Below, piece by piece: positions 18,905 through 27,434 of a stretch of DNA of 51,751 nt. Every line of letters starts with the position of its first letter. The stretch's first letter is position 1. Position numbers and translations under genes: made by a program. The notes under the pieces are model-generated. The model searched no databases. It had not been told where the DNA came from and was given only the letters and a program-made list of their open reading frames with translations. Source of the DNA: an uncultured archaeon. GTDB taxonomy: Archaea; Asgardarchaeota; Thorarchaeia; Thorarchaeales; Thorarchaeaceae. The stretch covers positions 2,196-53,946 of the forward strand of contig CAZVZC010000009.1 of NCBI GenBank assembly GCA_964631415.1, given 5' to 3'.

Positions 18905-21124
18905 TTAGCTGCTCTCCGTGAGCATAGCTGTCAGATCACCCTGCAGTCGGTAGATCTCCTTGTACAGTCCGTCCCGTGCGTCTTCTGCCATGAGCCTCAG
19001 AAGAATGGAGTTCACATAGTGCAGTTCCTCGAGAATGTTCTCAACTATGCCTGGCATGTCCTTCTCGCATTGTATGGCCTGCTCGATACTCTCCGCCGGA
19101 ACTGAGTCAATGACCCGTTTGACCAAGTCCTCGGGCAGGTCTGTTCTGGCCACGGTCACACCTACTAGAAGGTCTCTCAGTCTGCCACTCCCTCTTGCGA
19201 CTGCCTTCATCACCTTCTTGGCGTCTCGAACAGGTACTCCTAGGACTGCCACACTGGCCCCCAAGTCGGTGCATCTGACGGCCTTTCCGTCGCGGATAAT
19301 CAGGTCATCATGCTCCATGTCATCAAGCACCCTGAGACCGCGTAGAGCCTGCCCTATTACGGATGCTGCATAAGGTCTGGTTTCATCACTCTTGAGGGCG
19401 AATGAACAGAACTTGACTAGATGCTTGCAGAGCCTGTGGTTCCTTATCCCTTGGTACTTCCAAGACTCACAGGAACAGGACACTCCCTCGGCTGGCCTGA
19501 GGGTCACATAGTGCCATAGCTCTCTTGTGCCACTATGAATCAGACCCTCAATCTTGAAGGGCGTGACAGACACAAACTTCACTCTTGAGTCTGATATCTC
19601 GTCAGCGCGCTTGACCGTAGACTTAGTGGTCCGAAGGGAGATAATATCACTGACAGCCGAATCGTCAAGGGATACCATTGATTCCTGAGTAATTCCCTTA
19701 GCCCTGTTTGTTGCAGCCCAATATGTGCGGCTGATGATCGCAAACGGGTCATCTGTCACTGCAGTCCTTCCACACAACTGGCTGATGACCAAGTCCTGTA
19801 TGTTCTCGGGGTCGTCCATGCAGCTGTCCACTTCCCCGAGCCTCGGACTGATGTTTCCATCTCTGTCTTTGGTGAAGAACTTGTCCAAGACCCGCGCACG
19901 TTCTGACTCCTTGTCAACAACCACAATCGCGAAAGCCTCGTTGTCAACCCCTGCCCTGCCTGCTGACTGCAGGACGTCATTGAGCTGCCACTCAGAAAGC
20001 ATGGTGAGGTCCTCGGTCCCTAAGACGTCTTTGTCGACATCTTTCATGAACACCCCGACCAGAAAAACCACGGTTGCTTTGATACCACTGGCGATTGCGA
20101 ATCTCGTCGGCATGACAACTACAGGCAGAAGCCCCTCCTCCCATGCAGACGATACTTGCCTCCTCTGGGCTCTGGAAACTCCCTCGTGCAGAAAGGCGAC
20201 ACCTCTTAGGATTGCGCCTGCAAGGCTAGAGGTCACTTCGCATTTTGAATACTTGTCCCTCACCTGGTTTGAGAGAATCCTGAGGTCGTCTTGGTGAGAA
20301 GGTGTCAACCTGAGGTCAAGGGGTACGGACTTGTCCACTCCAGACGTTCCTGTCAACTGAGCTGTCAATTTCTCGCAAGAGGCTATGTCAGGACATAGTA
20401 TCATTATCTGACCGCGGCGGTAATGAACGAACTCAGTTAGGTCTGCCAGCGACTCACGCACGCTACTGAATGCCTTCACGCTGAATATTCGTTTCACCTC
20501 GGGCTTCGTGTCCTCGACAATGTCAGCATGTAGCCAGAGACTCAGGTCCTTGAGATCTGCGACAGGCGGGCATGTGGCTATGTACTGTATCGCTTGACCG
20601 TGGCCCATCAGATTCACAAGCGTCGTTTCGAGTGTCGCACCAATATCTGGCTGCCCAATCAAGTCGAGACGCTCGACGATGACACATTGGAGACTCTCTA
20701 GCGACTCAGGATGAACTCTCAGTGCTATGTCCAATGAACCATAGGTCCCAACCACGACACGCCCGCTCTTCCACTCCTGACTAATGGCAGTACGCCTACG
20801 TATGGCGTCGGCCCCCTCGATTCCAAGGCGCCTGCACTTCTGTATCAAAGAGGAATATCTCTTCTCAGCTTGGTGTGCATTTGGACAGAGAACCAATGCT
20901 CTCGCCTTGTAGTCAGTTAACAGCCTGTTCAGAGCTGCGATCTCTGCTATCTGGTATGCCTCATCATAATCGTACGTGACAAGCAGCTGGCTTGCACCCC
21001 TGAGTACACCCTTTTCCAGTGCAGCAGTCTGAAATCCTGACAGTTTGACAAGACCCTGTTTCCTGAGAAGCTCCAGCAGACGCGGCGAAGTTTGCTCAAG
21101 CTCGAGCTCTCTCAATGTGCTCAA
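18905..21124 (-). CDS. Inactivated Hel308/Ski2-like helicase with SWIM zinc finger
   Basis: Hel308-like scaffold (GLVKLSGFQ, LVLCP, GVAFLHEG, SAGRAG) with Walker A and B replaced; SWIM motif CSC-x13-CKH. Start uncertain (TTG 21124 or ATG 21175). Confidence 0.75.
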   Translation of the reverse strand: MSTLRELELEQTSPRLLELLRKQGLVKLSGFQTAALEKGVLRGASQLLVTYDYDEAYQIAEIAALNRLLTDYKARALVLCPNAHQAEKRYSSLIQKCRRLGIEGADAIRRRTAISQEWKSGRVVVGTYGSLDIALRVHPESLESLQCVIVERLDLIGQPDIGATLETTLVNLMGHGQAIQYIATCPPVADLKDLSLWLHADIVEDTKPEVKRIFSVKAFSSVRESLADLTEFVHYRRGQIMILCPDIASCEKLTAQLTGTSGVDKSVPLDLRLTPSHQDDLRILSNQVRDKYSKCEVTSSLAGAILRGVAFLHEGVSRAQRRQVSSAWEEGLLPVVVMPTRFAIASGIKATVVFLVGVFMKDVDKDVLGTEDLTMLSEWQLNDVLQSAGRAGVDNEAFAIVVVDKESERARVLDKFFTKDRDGNISPRLGEVDSCMDDPENIQDLVISQLCGRTAVTDDPFAIISRTYWAATNRAKGITQESMVSLDDSAVSDIISLRTTKSTVKRADEISDSRVKFVSVTPFKIEGLIHSGTRELWHYVTLRPAEGVSCSCESWKYQGIRNHRLCKHLVKFCSFALKSDETRPYAASVIGQALRGLRVLDDMEHDDLIIRDGKAVRCTDLGASVAVLGVPVRDAKKVMKAVARGSGRLRDLLVGVTVARTDLPEDLVKRVIDSVPAESIEQAIQCEKDMPGIVENILEELHYVNSILLRLMAEDARDGLYKEIYRLQGDLTAMLTESS

Positions 21125-21322
21125 TTGGTCTAAGCCCCAAGCAGTCAGATGCGCAACGAGATGAGAAGTTATCATATCCTATTATCTTTTTGCAAAACAC
21201 TCAGAAACCTGCTTCAGCAGACTTCAAAGAGCACTGCAAGGTGTCGCGTGGTTGCGAAGCCTTTCCCAGAACAACAAACGTTTAATCCGGGTTCCATCCA
21301 TGGTGGCACGGCAGTGGTTGTT

Positions 21323-21988
21323 ATGGAGATTGCCAGATCTGTCAAGTGCAAGGAACTGAAGAAGGTTGATGTCGTAGACTCAACCGGTCGCAAGGTCGGT
21401 CACATCGGTGATCTAACCTTTGGGTTTGATGGAACACTGAAACTGTCACAGTTCATACTTGCAGGTCCCGCATGGGAGGAGTTCTTGGAGTCAATCAAGG
21501 TCCGACCAGACCGCGACCCTGTCTTTGACGCGTCAATAATCAAGAAGCTGGGTGACAAGGTCTATCTCGACACGACAGCAAACAGTCTGAAGACGACACT
21601 CGACAAGGGTGCGATTGGTCCGGGTGAGCTCCGGTTCTCTAAGCTGGAGAAGATGGACATAGTTGACAAGGACGGTGTGAAGGTGGGCCGGGCAATTGAT
21701 GTCCATTTCGAGAAGGATGGGTCCTGTTCTCTGATAGTTGGAGGTGGATTCATCGAGGAAAAGCTCGAAGCTGCGGGGATCAAGGAAGATGTCGACATAA
21801 TAGTCCCGGGAGAGGCAATATCGACGATAGGTGACAAGGTGAGACTGCTGGTTTCCAAAGACACCCTTGGAACCACGATGGATGATGCTCTGAAGAAAAG
21901 GAAACCAGAAACCAAGAAGGCAAAGGATTCCAGGACCGTACAACGCGATGTGACCAAGGTTCAGCTGTTCACGCAACGGCCGTTCTAG
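21323..21988 (+). CDS. Tandem PRC-barrel domain protein
   Basis: Two repeats: LKKVDVVDSTGRKVGHIGDLTF...IKKLGDKVYL and LEKMDIVDKDGVKVGRAIDVHF...ISTIGDKVRL. Confidence 0.85.
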   Translation: MEIARSVKCKELKKVDVVDSTGRKVGHIGDLTFGFDGTLKLSQFILAGPAWEEFLESIKVRPDRDPVFDASIIKKLGDKVYLDTTANSLKTTLDKGAIGPGELRFSKLEKMDIVDKDGVKVGRAIDVHFEKDGSCSLIVGGGFIEEKLEAAGIKEDVDIIVPGEAISTIGDKVRLLVSKDTLGTTMDDALKKRKPETKKAKDSRTVQRDVTKVQLFTQRPF

Positions 21989-22209
21989 TGCATGACGCTA
22001 TATGTCGTTGTATTGTCTGATAGTATAGTTTCATCCTCGTCGAGCCTTGGCTACCATGCCGGCGCGAGGCCGGCAGGACTCTAATAGGTGGACGGAACAT
22101 ACCGGGATATTGCGCTCCTAAGACATACAGATAAAAGGAGTATCAAGGGTAGCACCGCGAGTGACTCAACTGAAGGGCGTCACAATATCCGCTCCCCGAT
22201 GACTGAGGC

Positions 22210-22959
22210 ATGGAATGGATGGCATTCGTAGCAACTAGAGAGTCCGTCTTTGAGATAATACTGAAGGATGGCTTCAAAATCGAACCCGGGTCTACATTTG
22301 TCTGTGGCTTTCATGGACTTGGCGAGGTGGGTTTCCTCAGTACAGCTCATCTCACACGAACTCTGAATGCCGAACGGGTGGGCTTCATCAAGAGTGACAT
22401 GCTTCCCCTGTTTGTGTCCATGGAGAATGATCGCCTAGTTCTACCCTTTGAGATATACTCCTATGCTGAGAAGAACATGATCTTCTTTGTTCCACGTTTC
22501 CAGCCGCATCAGTCTGAGCAGTGGTCATGGATAGACAGGCTGGCTAAGTGGATTATCGATTGCAGATTCTCAGAGATACTCCTACTTGGAGGTCTAGATT
22601 CAAGCTTCAAGGAAGACAATGAAGACATGCGGTGCGTTCCCACCACCGCCTATAGACCGATGCTGGACAAGTGGTCAGTACCACTCTTGGAGGAGGGTCT
22701 CTTCGTAGCAGGCCCGTTGGCACTTCTTCTTGCAGAACTTGAAATGCGGGATGTGCCTGCAATAGGTCTCCTCACCTATGCCACACGCGGACGACCTGAC
22801 CCAAGGTCTGCAGCGACCATGCTGGAGAGAATCAACCAAGTCTATGGCATCAAGGCTGACGTGGACCAGCTTCTTGAGGAGAGCAAGGAAATCGAGCGAC
22901 TGGAAAAGATGCGCAAGAGCATCGAGTCTGACGATAGGTCATCTGATATGTTTGTCTAG
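22210..22959 (+). CDS. PAC2-family proteasome assembly chaperone (PbaA/PbaB-like)
   Basis: GFHGLGEVGFLS; LLLGG; GPLALLL; RPDPRSAA. Confidence 0.88.
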   Translation: MEWMAFVATRESVFEIILKDGFKIEPGSTFVCGFHGLGEVGFLSTAHLTRTLNAERVGFIKSDMLPLFVSMENDRLVLPFEIYSYAEKNMIFFVPRFQPHQSEQWSWIDRLAKWIIDCRFSEILLLGGLDSSFKEDNEDMRCVPTTAYRPMLDKWSVPLLEEGLFVAGPLALLLAELEMRDVPAIGLLTYATRGRPDPRSAATMLERINQVYGIKADVDQLLEESKEIERLEKMRKSIESDDRSSDMFV

Positions 22960-23540
22960 CTGAACCGTCTGATGTACCAGCCAACGTCCATCACGTTCTT
23001 GGCAACGAGCTCTTTTGGACTCAACCTGTGCAGCTTTTCCGTGTCAACAGACAATACTGCAAGTCCAAGACACTCTCCGTTTTCGTTCATCACAAGCACA
23101 TATTGTCCTCTCTTCAGGTCTTGTCCTGTTTCCATGACAGAGTGCTTCAAGATGCTCCTGCCATATGTCAACGCCTCTGCTCCCTGCCTCGAAACGACAA
23201 TCAAGTTCTTGGTCAGACCCACCAGTCTGTCTAAGATTGAGATCGCGAAAGTAAACCTGCTAGGAGAGAGGTCACCAACCCATATCCCTAGCGATTGTGG
23301 CGTGAAAGGTCCGAGATCATTCTCAAAGTGGTCCATCCAATCCCTTGGCACTAGGTAGAAGGACCTCGACGTTTCATGCTTCAGAGTAACAGGCAGTAGA
23401 CCACTAACAAGCTTGTCCGTGACCCCTTCGCCGAAGCCACCATCGATCTGTTGTTTGACAAAACCCCAGTCATGATCGTCTGCCAGCTCGGGCTTCAATA
23501 TTGTTTCATCTCCATCCAATGTATGCTTCGGGGGAACCAT
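22956..23540 (-). CDS. NIP7-like PUA-domain ribosome biogenesis protein
   Basis: SLGIWVG; GAEALTYGRSI; VLVMNENGECLG; KNVMDVGWYIRR; next to an NSUN-type methylase. Confidence 0.8.
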   Translation of the reverse strand: MVPPKHTLDGDETILKPELADDHDWGFVKQQIDGGFGEGVTDKLVSGLLPVTLKHETSRSFYLVPRDWMDHFENDLGPFTPQSLGIWVGDLSPSRFTFAISILDRLVGLTKNLIVVSRQGAEALTYGRSILKHSVMETGQDLKRGQYVLVMNENGECLGLAVLSVDTEKLHRLSPKELVAKNVMDVGWYIRRFS

Positions 23541-23583
23541 TCTGTGGACTGGCAGTTGAGGCTGTCTTTGGGCACCGCCATAC

Positions 23584-24489
23584 TCAGTCCTCCTTTGTCA
23601 TCCTGCATATGAAGAAGCCCTCTGTCTTATGCTCATGCGGGAGGAGTCTTCTAGCCCGCGCCAAGGAGCTGTCAAGCTGAATGCCGAATGGTCGAACATA
23701 GCCTTGGCTCCCGAAGTCCATGGCAATGTTCTCAATCTTCATCTCTGGTTGCTTCTTGAGGAAGTCATCAATGACAAACTCATTCTCTTCAGGGGCAATC
23801 GAGCATGTGGAATAGACAAGTGTTCCTCCTGCAGCAAGAACCTTGGCAACAGAACCGAGCATATCTTGCTGTTTCTCGGCGCAGTACCTGATGTCCGCCA
23901 TGCTCCTACTTGTCTTTCTGCTTGGGTCCAATGGAATGAGTCCTTCTCCAGAACACGGTGCATCAAGCAGCACTCGATCTGGGTGGAACGGGAGCTGCTC
24001 CAGCTTTCTGGCATCTCCTCTCAAGACGAGAGTGTTGTTGACTCCACATCTGAGGACATTGCCTTGGAGGCTCCTGATTCGCACTCTGTCCTCATCGACA
24101 GAGATGATCATGCCTGAGTTCTCCATCATCTGTGCCATGTGCGTAGTCTTTCCGCCTGGGGCAGCAGCGATGTCCATGACCGTTTCCCCCGGCCGTGGAT
24201 CGAGCACCCTACTGACGGTCATCGATGGCACTCCTTGTATGTAGTATAGACCCAGCATATGCTCAAAGAGAGAACCGGGAGAAATGGAACCGAAGTCTGC
24301 GTAGTATCCCTCTGCAAGCCAAGGGACCTGCTCCAGCCCGACACCCTTTGAATGAAGACGTTTCACAAGCGAATCGATTGGAGTCTTCAGAGTGTTGACT
24401 CTAATGGAAGTCCTGATCGGGCGCTCACAGGCCTCAAGGAATTGAAGCGTTTCGGTTTCACCCCATAGGGCCAAGTAGCGTTCAATCAT
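23584..24489 (-). CDS. RsmB/NOP2/NSUN-family RNA m5C methyltransferase
   Basis: IRVNTLK; DIAAAPGGKT; LLDAPCSG; VYSTCS; EENE; EGFFIC. The true start may lie upstream (see findings). Confidence 0.92.
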   Translation of the reverse strand: MIERYLALWGETETLQFLEACERPIRTSIRVNTLKTPIDSLVKRLHSKGVGLEQVPWLAEGYYADFGSISPGSLFEHMLGLYYIQGVPSMTVSRVLDPRPGETVMDIAAAPGGKTTHMAQMMENSGMIISVDEDRVRIRSLQGNVLRCGVNNTLVLRGDARKLEQLPFHPDRVLLDAPCSGEGLIPLDPSRKTSRSMADIRYCAEKQQDMLGSVAKVLAAGGTLVYSTCSIAPEENEFVIDDFLKKQPEMKIENIAMDFGSQGYVRPFGIQLDSSLARARRLLPHEHKTEGFFICRMTKED

Positions 24490-24600
24490 ATACTGCTGAT
24501 ACCCGAAACTTGCGGCTAGTTCCTTCGCCCTCAGCCGGAGGTCTCTCGTTGTCGTAGTCCGCTAGCCCTCCAACTTGCCGTAGGTGCTACTGATCAAGAG

Positions 24601-25875
24601 CTACACACCCTCAGTCCGCTTCTTGAGCAAAGCCTTCAGTTCCTGCAAATCAGGTCCGATGACGTGAGGACCGGGTGTCAACCGGTCTGCCGTACCCAAA
24701 TCCTTGAAACCCGAACCGGTGATGGGCACAACGACCGTGTCAGACCTGTCAATCAGTCCCTCTTCAAGCAGGGGTCGCAATCCTGCTAACGCTGCAACGC
24801 CGCTAGGCTCAGCGAACACTCCTTCCGTTTTTGCCAGCGTCACAAGACTATCTTCTATGGACTTGTCAGACACCTCCACTGCTGTGCCTTTTGCGAGTTT
24901 CAAGTACCGGAGCGCAGCATCGCCATCCCAGGGATATGGATCGGCGAGGCCGCCTGCGACAGTGTCGTTAGAGTCCCAAGGTCTGATATGCAGGGGATCG
25001 CTGTCTTCACGAAATGCTCTGACTATCGGCGCACAACCCTCAGGCTGAACGACCACAGGCTTTGGCAAGTAGTCTATCAATCCAAGCTCCTGAAACTCCC
25101 ACAAGCCTTTCATGGTTCCTGCCATCAATCCCCCGCTTCCTGTGGGGAACAGTATCCAGTCAGGCACTCTCCAGTGCATCTGTTCAGCAATCTCATAGCC
25201 GAGTGTCTTCGTCCCCTCAAACTGGAAGCAGTTGAACGGACCGAACGAGGGGACTGGGGTCCATCCCAACTCCTTGCACGCTGTACGCAAAAGGGTCGTC
25301 GTCGGGTCGACCCCGGTCTCCACCTTGCGGACTCTGAACACTCGTGCTCCCAGCGTCCTAAGATGCACGAGCTTCGCGGTGGGTGCAGACTCGGGAACAA
25401 ACACGACTGCCTGAAGTCCTGCCCTAGCAGCGTAGGTAGACATGGAAGCCGCGGCATTCCCTGATGATGCTGCAGCTACAGTTTCTGCCCCATCCTCCTT
25501 CGCGCGGCTTATGCCAACAGATATGGGCCGGTCCTTGAAAGAGCCCGAGGGGTTGGTTGTTTCGATCTTCAAGAGGAGGTTTTCGAGTCCTGTCTTGGGA
25601 CCCAATCTCTCACTCTTCACCAGAGGTGTGCATCCCTCACCAAGAGTAATGATGCTGCGCTTGTTTCTCACAGGCAGGAGTTCAAAGTACTTCCATGCTC
25701 TTCCTTTCCGACGCCCGATGCTTGTCCTAGTGATTGACTCCTTCAAACCTTCTAGGTCGAATGCTATGTCAATCCTGCCGCCGCAGCCGTCATTTGGGGG
25801 TACACTCTCGTTCGTGTATGATTTTCCACATCTTGCGCAAGTGAACTGCATGTCCTTGTTCAAGCCTATGACCAT
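24601..25875 (-). CDS. thrC: Threonine synthase (PLP, fold type II)
   Basis: LGEGCTPL; NPSGSFKDR; ASSGNAAAS; EGTKT; PTGSGG; FAEP; ITGSGFK. Confidence 0.85.
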   Translation of the reverse strand: MVIGLNKDMQFTCARCGKSYTNESVPPNDGCGGRIDIAFDLEGLKESITRTSIGRRKGRAWKYFELLPVRNKRSIITLGEGCTPLVKSERLGPKTGLENLLLKIETTNPSGSFKDRPISVGISRAKEDGAETVAAASSGNAAASMSTYAARAGLQAVVFVPESAPTAKLVHLRTLGARVFRVRKVETGVDPTTTLLRTACKELGWTPVPSFGPFNCFQFEGTKTLGYEIAEQMHWRVPDWILFPTGSGGLMAGTMKGLWEFQELGLIDYLPKPVVVQPEGCAPIVRAFREDSDPLHIRPWDSNDTVAGGLADPYPWDGDAALRYLKLAKGTAVEVSDKSIEDSLVTLAKTEGVFAEPSGVAALAGLRPLLEEGLIDRSDTVVVPITGSGFKDLGTADRLTPGPHVIGPDLQELKALLKKRTEGV

Positions 25876-26027
25876 CTGAGATGTTCGCTACATCAGTTAT
25901 CTGAGTTGTGGCGAGCATGTTTCAGGAATAGGGAAACGATGGAATCGGTGGCAATGACGCAGGGGAAACATCTAACTCTCCCCAGACGACGTCCAAGCAC
26001 AGTCCCTTTGATGGGGAGCTGGCCGAA

Positions 26028-26630
26028 TTGACTGTCGAAGGCTATGAGGTCGAACTGAAGGTCCCCCTGAAGGACATCAAGCAGCTTGAGAGGACACTGA
26101 TGGGGCTCGGAGCAGTGAAACTCAATGCTGAAACACAACACGACGAATACTACGATCATCCGTGCAAGTCATTTCGAAAGACAGACGAGGCGGTTCGTAT
26201 TAGAAGCCGTATCCCGACTGGCGTGCTTGAGGAACCGCACGGTGACTCTCATCGACCGGTGTTGGAGTTGACCTACAAGGGACCTAGGGTTGACCCGAAG
26301 TCAAAGACACGAGTGGAAGTCACTCTCGGAGTAAGCGAGCTTGGGTCCACAAGGTCATTTCTAGAGCACATCGGATTCAAGTACGTAGCCACAGTGACCA
26401 AGAATCGTGTGTTCTACAATGTTGGAGCAGTCACCGTGAGCATTGACGAGGTTGAGGGAGTGGGTCTATTTGTTGAGTTCGAGCAAATCGTTGAGTCCAG
26501 AAACCGTGTAGAGCCTGTGCGCGACATGTTGCTCAGTCTGACTCAGAAGCTTGGTTTGGACCCGAAGCAGTCTATTCGTGAGTCATACCTTGAGCTGTTC
26601 CTGCGCAAACATCCTGCTCATTCTGTCTGA
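26028..26630 (+). CDS. CYTH-domain protein (class IV adenylate cyclase CyaB-like / triphosphate tunnel enzyme)
   Basis: EVELK; DEYY; DEAVRIR; LTYKGP; KTRVE; DEVEGVGLFVEFE; SYLEL. Confidence 0.9.
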   Translation: MTVEGYEVELKVPLKDIKQLERTLMGLGAVKLNAETQHDEYYDHPCKSFRKTDEAVRIRSRIPTGVLEEPHGDSHRPVLELTYKGPRVDPKSKTRVEVTLGVSELGSTRSFLEHIGFKYVATVTKNRVFYNVGAVTVSIDEVEGVGLFVEFEQIVESRNRVEPVRDMLLSLTQKLGLDPKQSIRESYLELFLRKHPAHSV

Positions 26631-27250
26631 TAGCTTGACTCCTCGCGAAGTCTGTTGACAAACTCTTGGAGAAAGGCATTCCGTTGCTTTGCCAGTGCTC
26701 TCCCTCTTCTAGTGTACATGAGCTGATGTAGCTTCAAGAGCTTCTCGTCTGCATGCCTGAGGAACCCGTCTATTCCTCGGTCTTCTGTTGCTGCCTGTGA
26801 TACCGCCCTGAATACACCAATCGCACCAATTGCATCCAGCTTGTCTGCATCACTGAGTACTTCACCTTCCTTCGATGTTGGAGTCAGGCCCTCGCTGAAA
26901 CGGTGCGTCCTGATTGCATCATCAATCTGCTCAATCTCATCTTGGGTGTAGCCAGCTGCAATGAGGACATCTCTGCTCATTTCGCCTGAAAGAATCGAGT
27001 GTGAAACCCCTGTTTCGGTTTCTCTGGGGCGGCCCACATCATGCAAGAGCGCCGCAGCACCTAGAACCCTCATATCAGCGCCCATGGTTGTCCCAATCAT
27101 CTTTGCCAAGAGATAGACGCGCCTTATGTGGTCATATGTGTGAGCCCCGGCAACGTTCACGGCCAAGCTCCGTTTCACGAACTCATCGAGTTTCTCTTCA
27201 GAAGAGGACATCATTGTGAGCACCACTGTATGTACGTTGAATCTGGACAT
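26618..27250 (-). CDS. HD-domain metal-dependent phosphohydrolase
   Basis: AHTYDHIRRV; AALLHDVGR; HS; HRF; DADKLDAIGA. Confidence 0.9.
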   Translation of the reverse strand: MSRFNVHTVVLTMMSSSEEKLDEFVKRSLAVNVAGAHTYDHIRRVYLLAKMIGTTMGADMRVLGAAALLHDVGRPRETETGVSHSILSGEMSRDVLIAAGYTQDEIEQIDDAIRTHRFSEGLTPTSKEGEVLSDADKLDAIGAIGVFRAVSQAATEDRGIDGFLRHADEKLLKLHQLMYTRRGRALAKQRNAFLQEFVNRLREESSYQTE

Positions 27251-27434
27251 GCAACGGCTCTTGTCTATGCCTTCAGCAACATATTAGGTCTTGACAACAG
27301 CGTATCGAGACGTATCCGAGAAATGCTTTAATTGCTTGCTCCGGAAGTCAACGTGGTAATTGGAAATAGCCGCTTTGATTGAGCATTCAATGCCATAGTA
27401 CGCCCGCTGCCGAGTCATCAAGAGGGACTGCCAA

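Noticed and set aside
21989-22025. SECIS-like ATGA...TGA after the PRC-barrel gene
   Set aside because: No apical AA motif or proper stem, and no in-frame TGA in the upstream gene.
24562-24573. Pyrrolysine-type TAG readthrough from TTG 24573 into the NSUN gene
   Set aside because: Many conserved genes here end at TAG exactly where expected (rpl40e, sucD, truD, aCPSF1), and no pyl genes are in the window.
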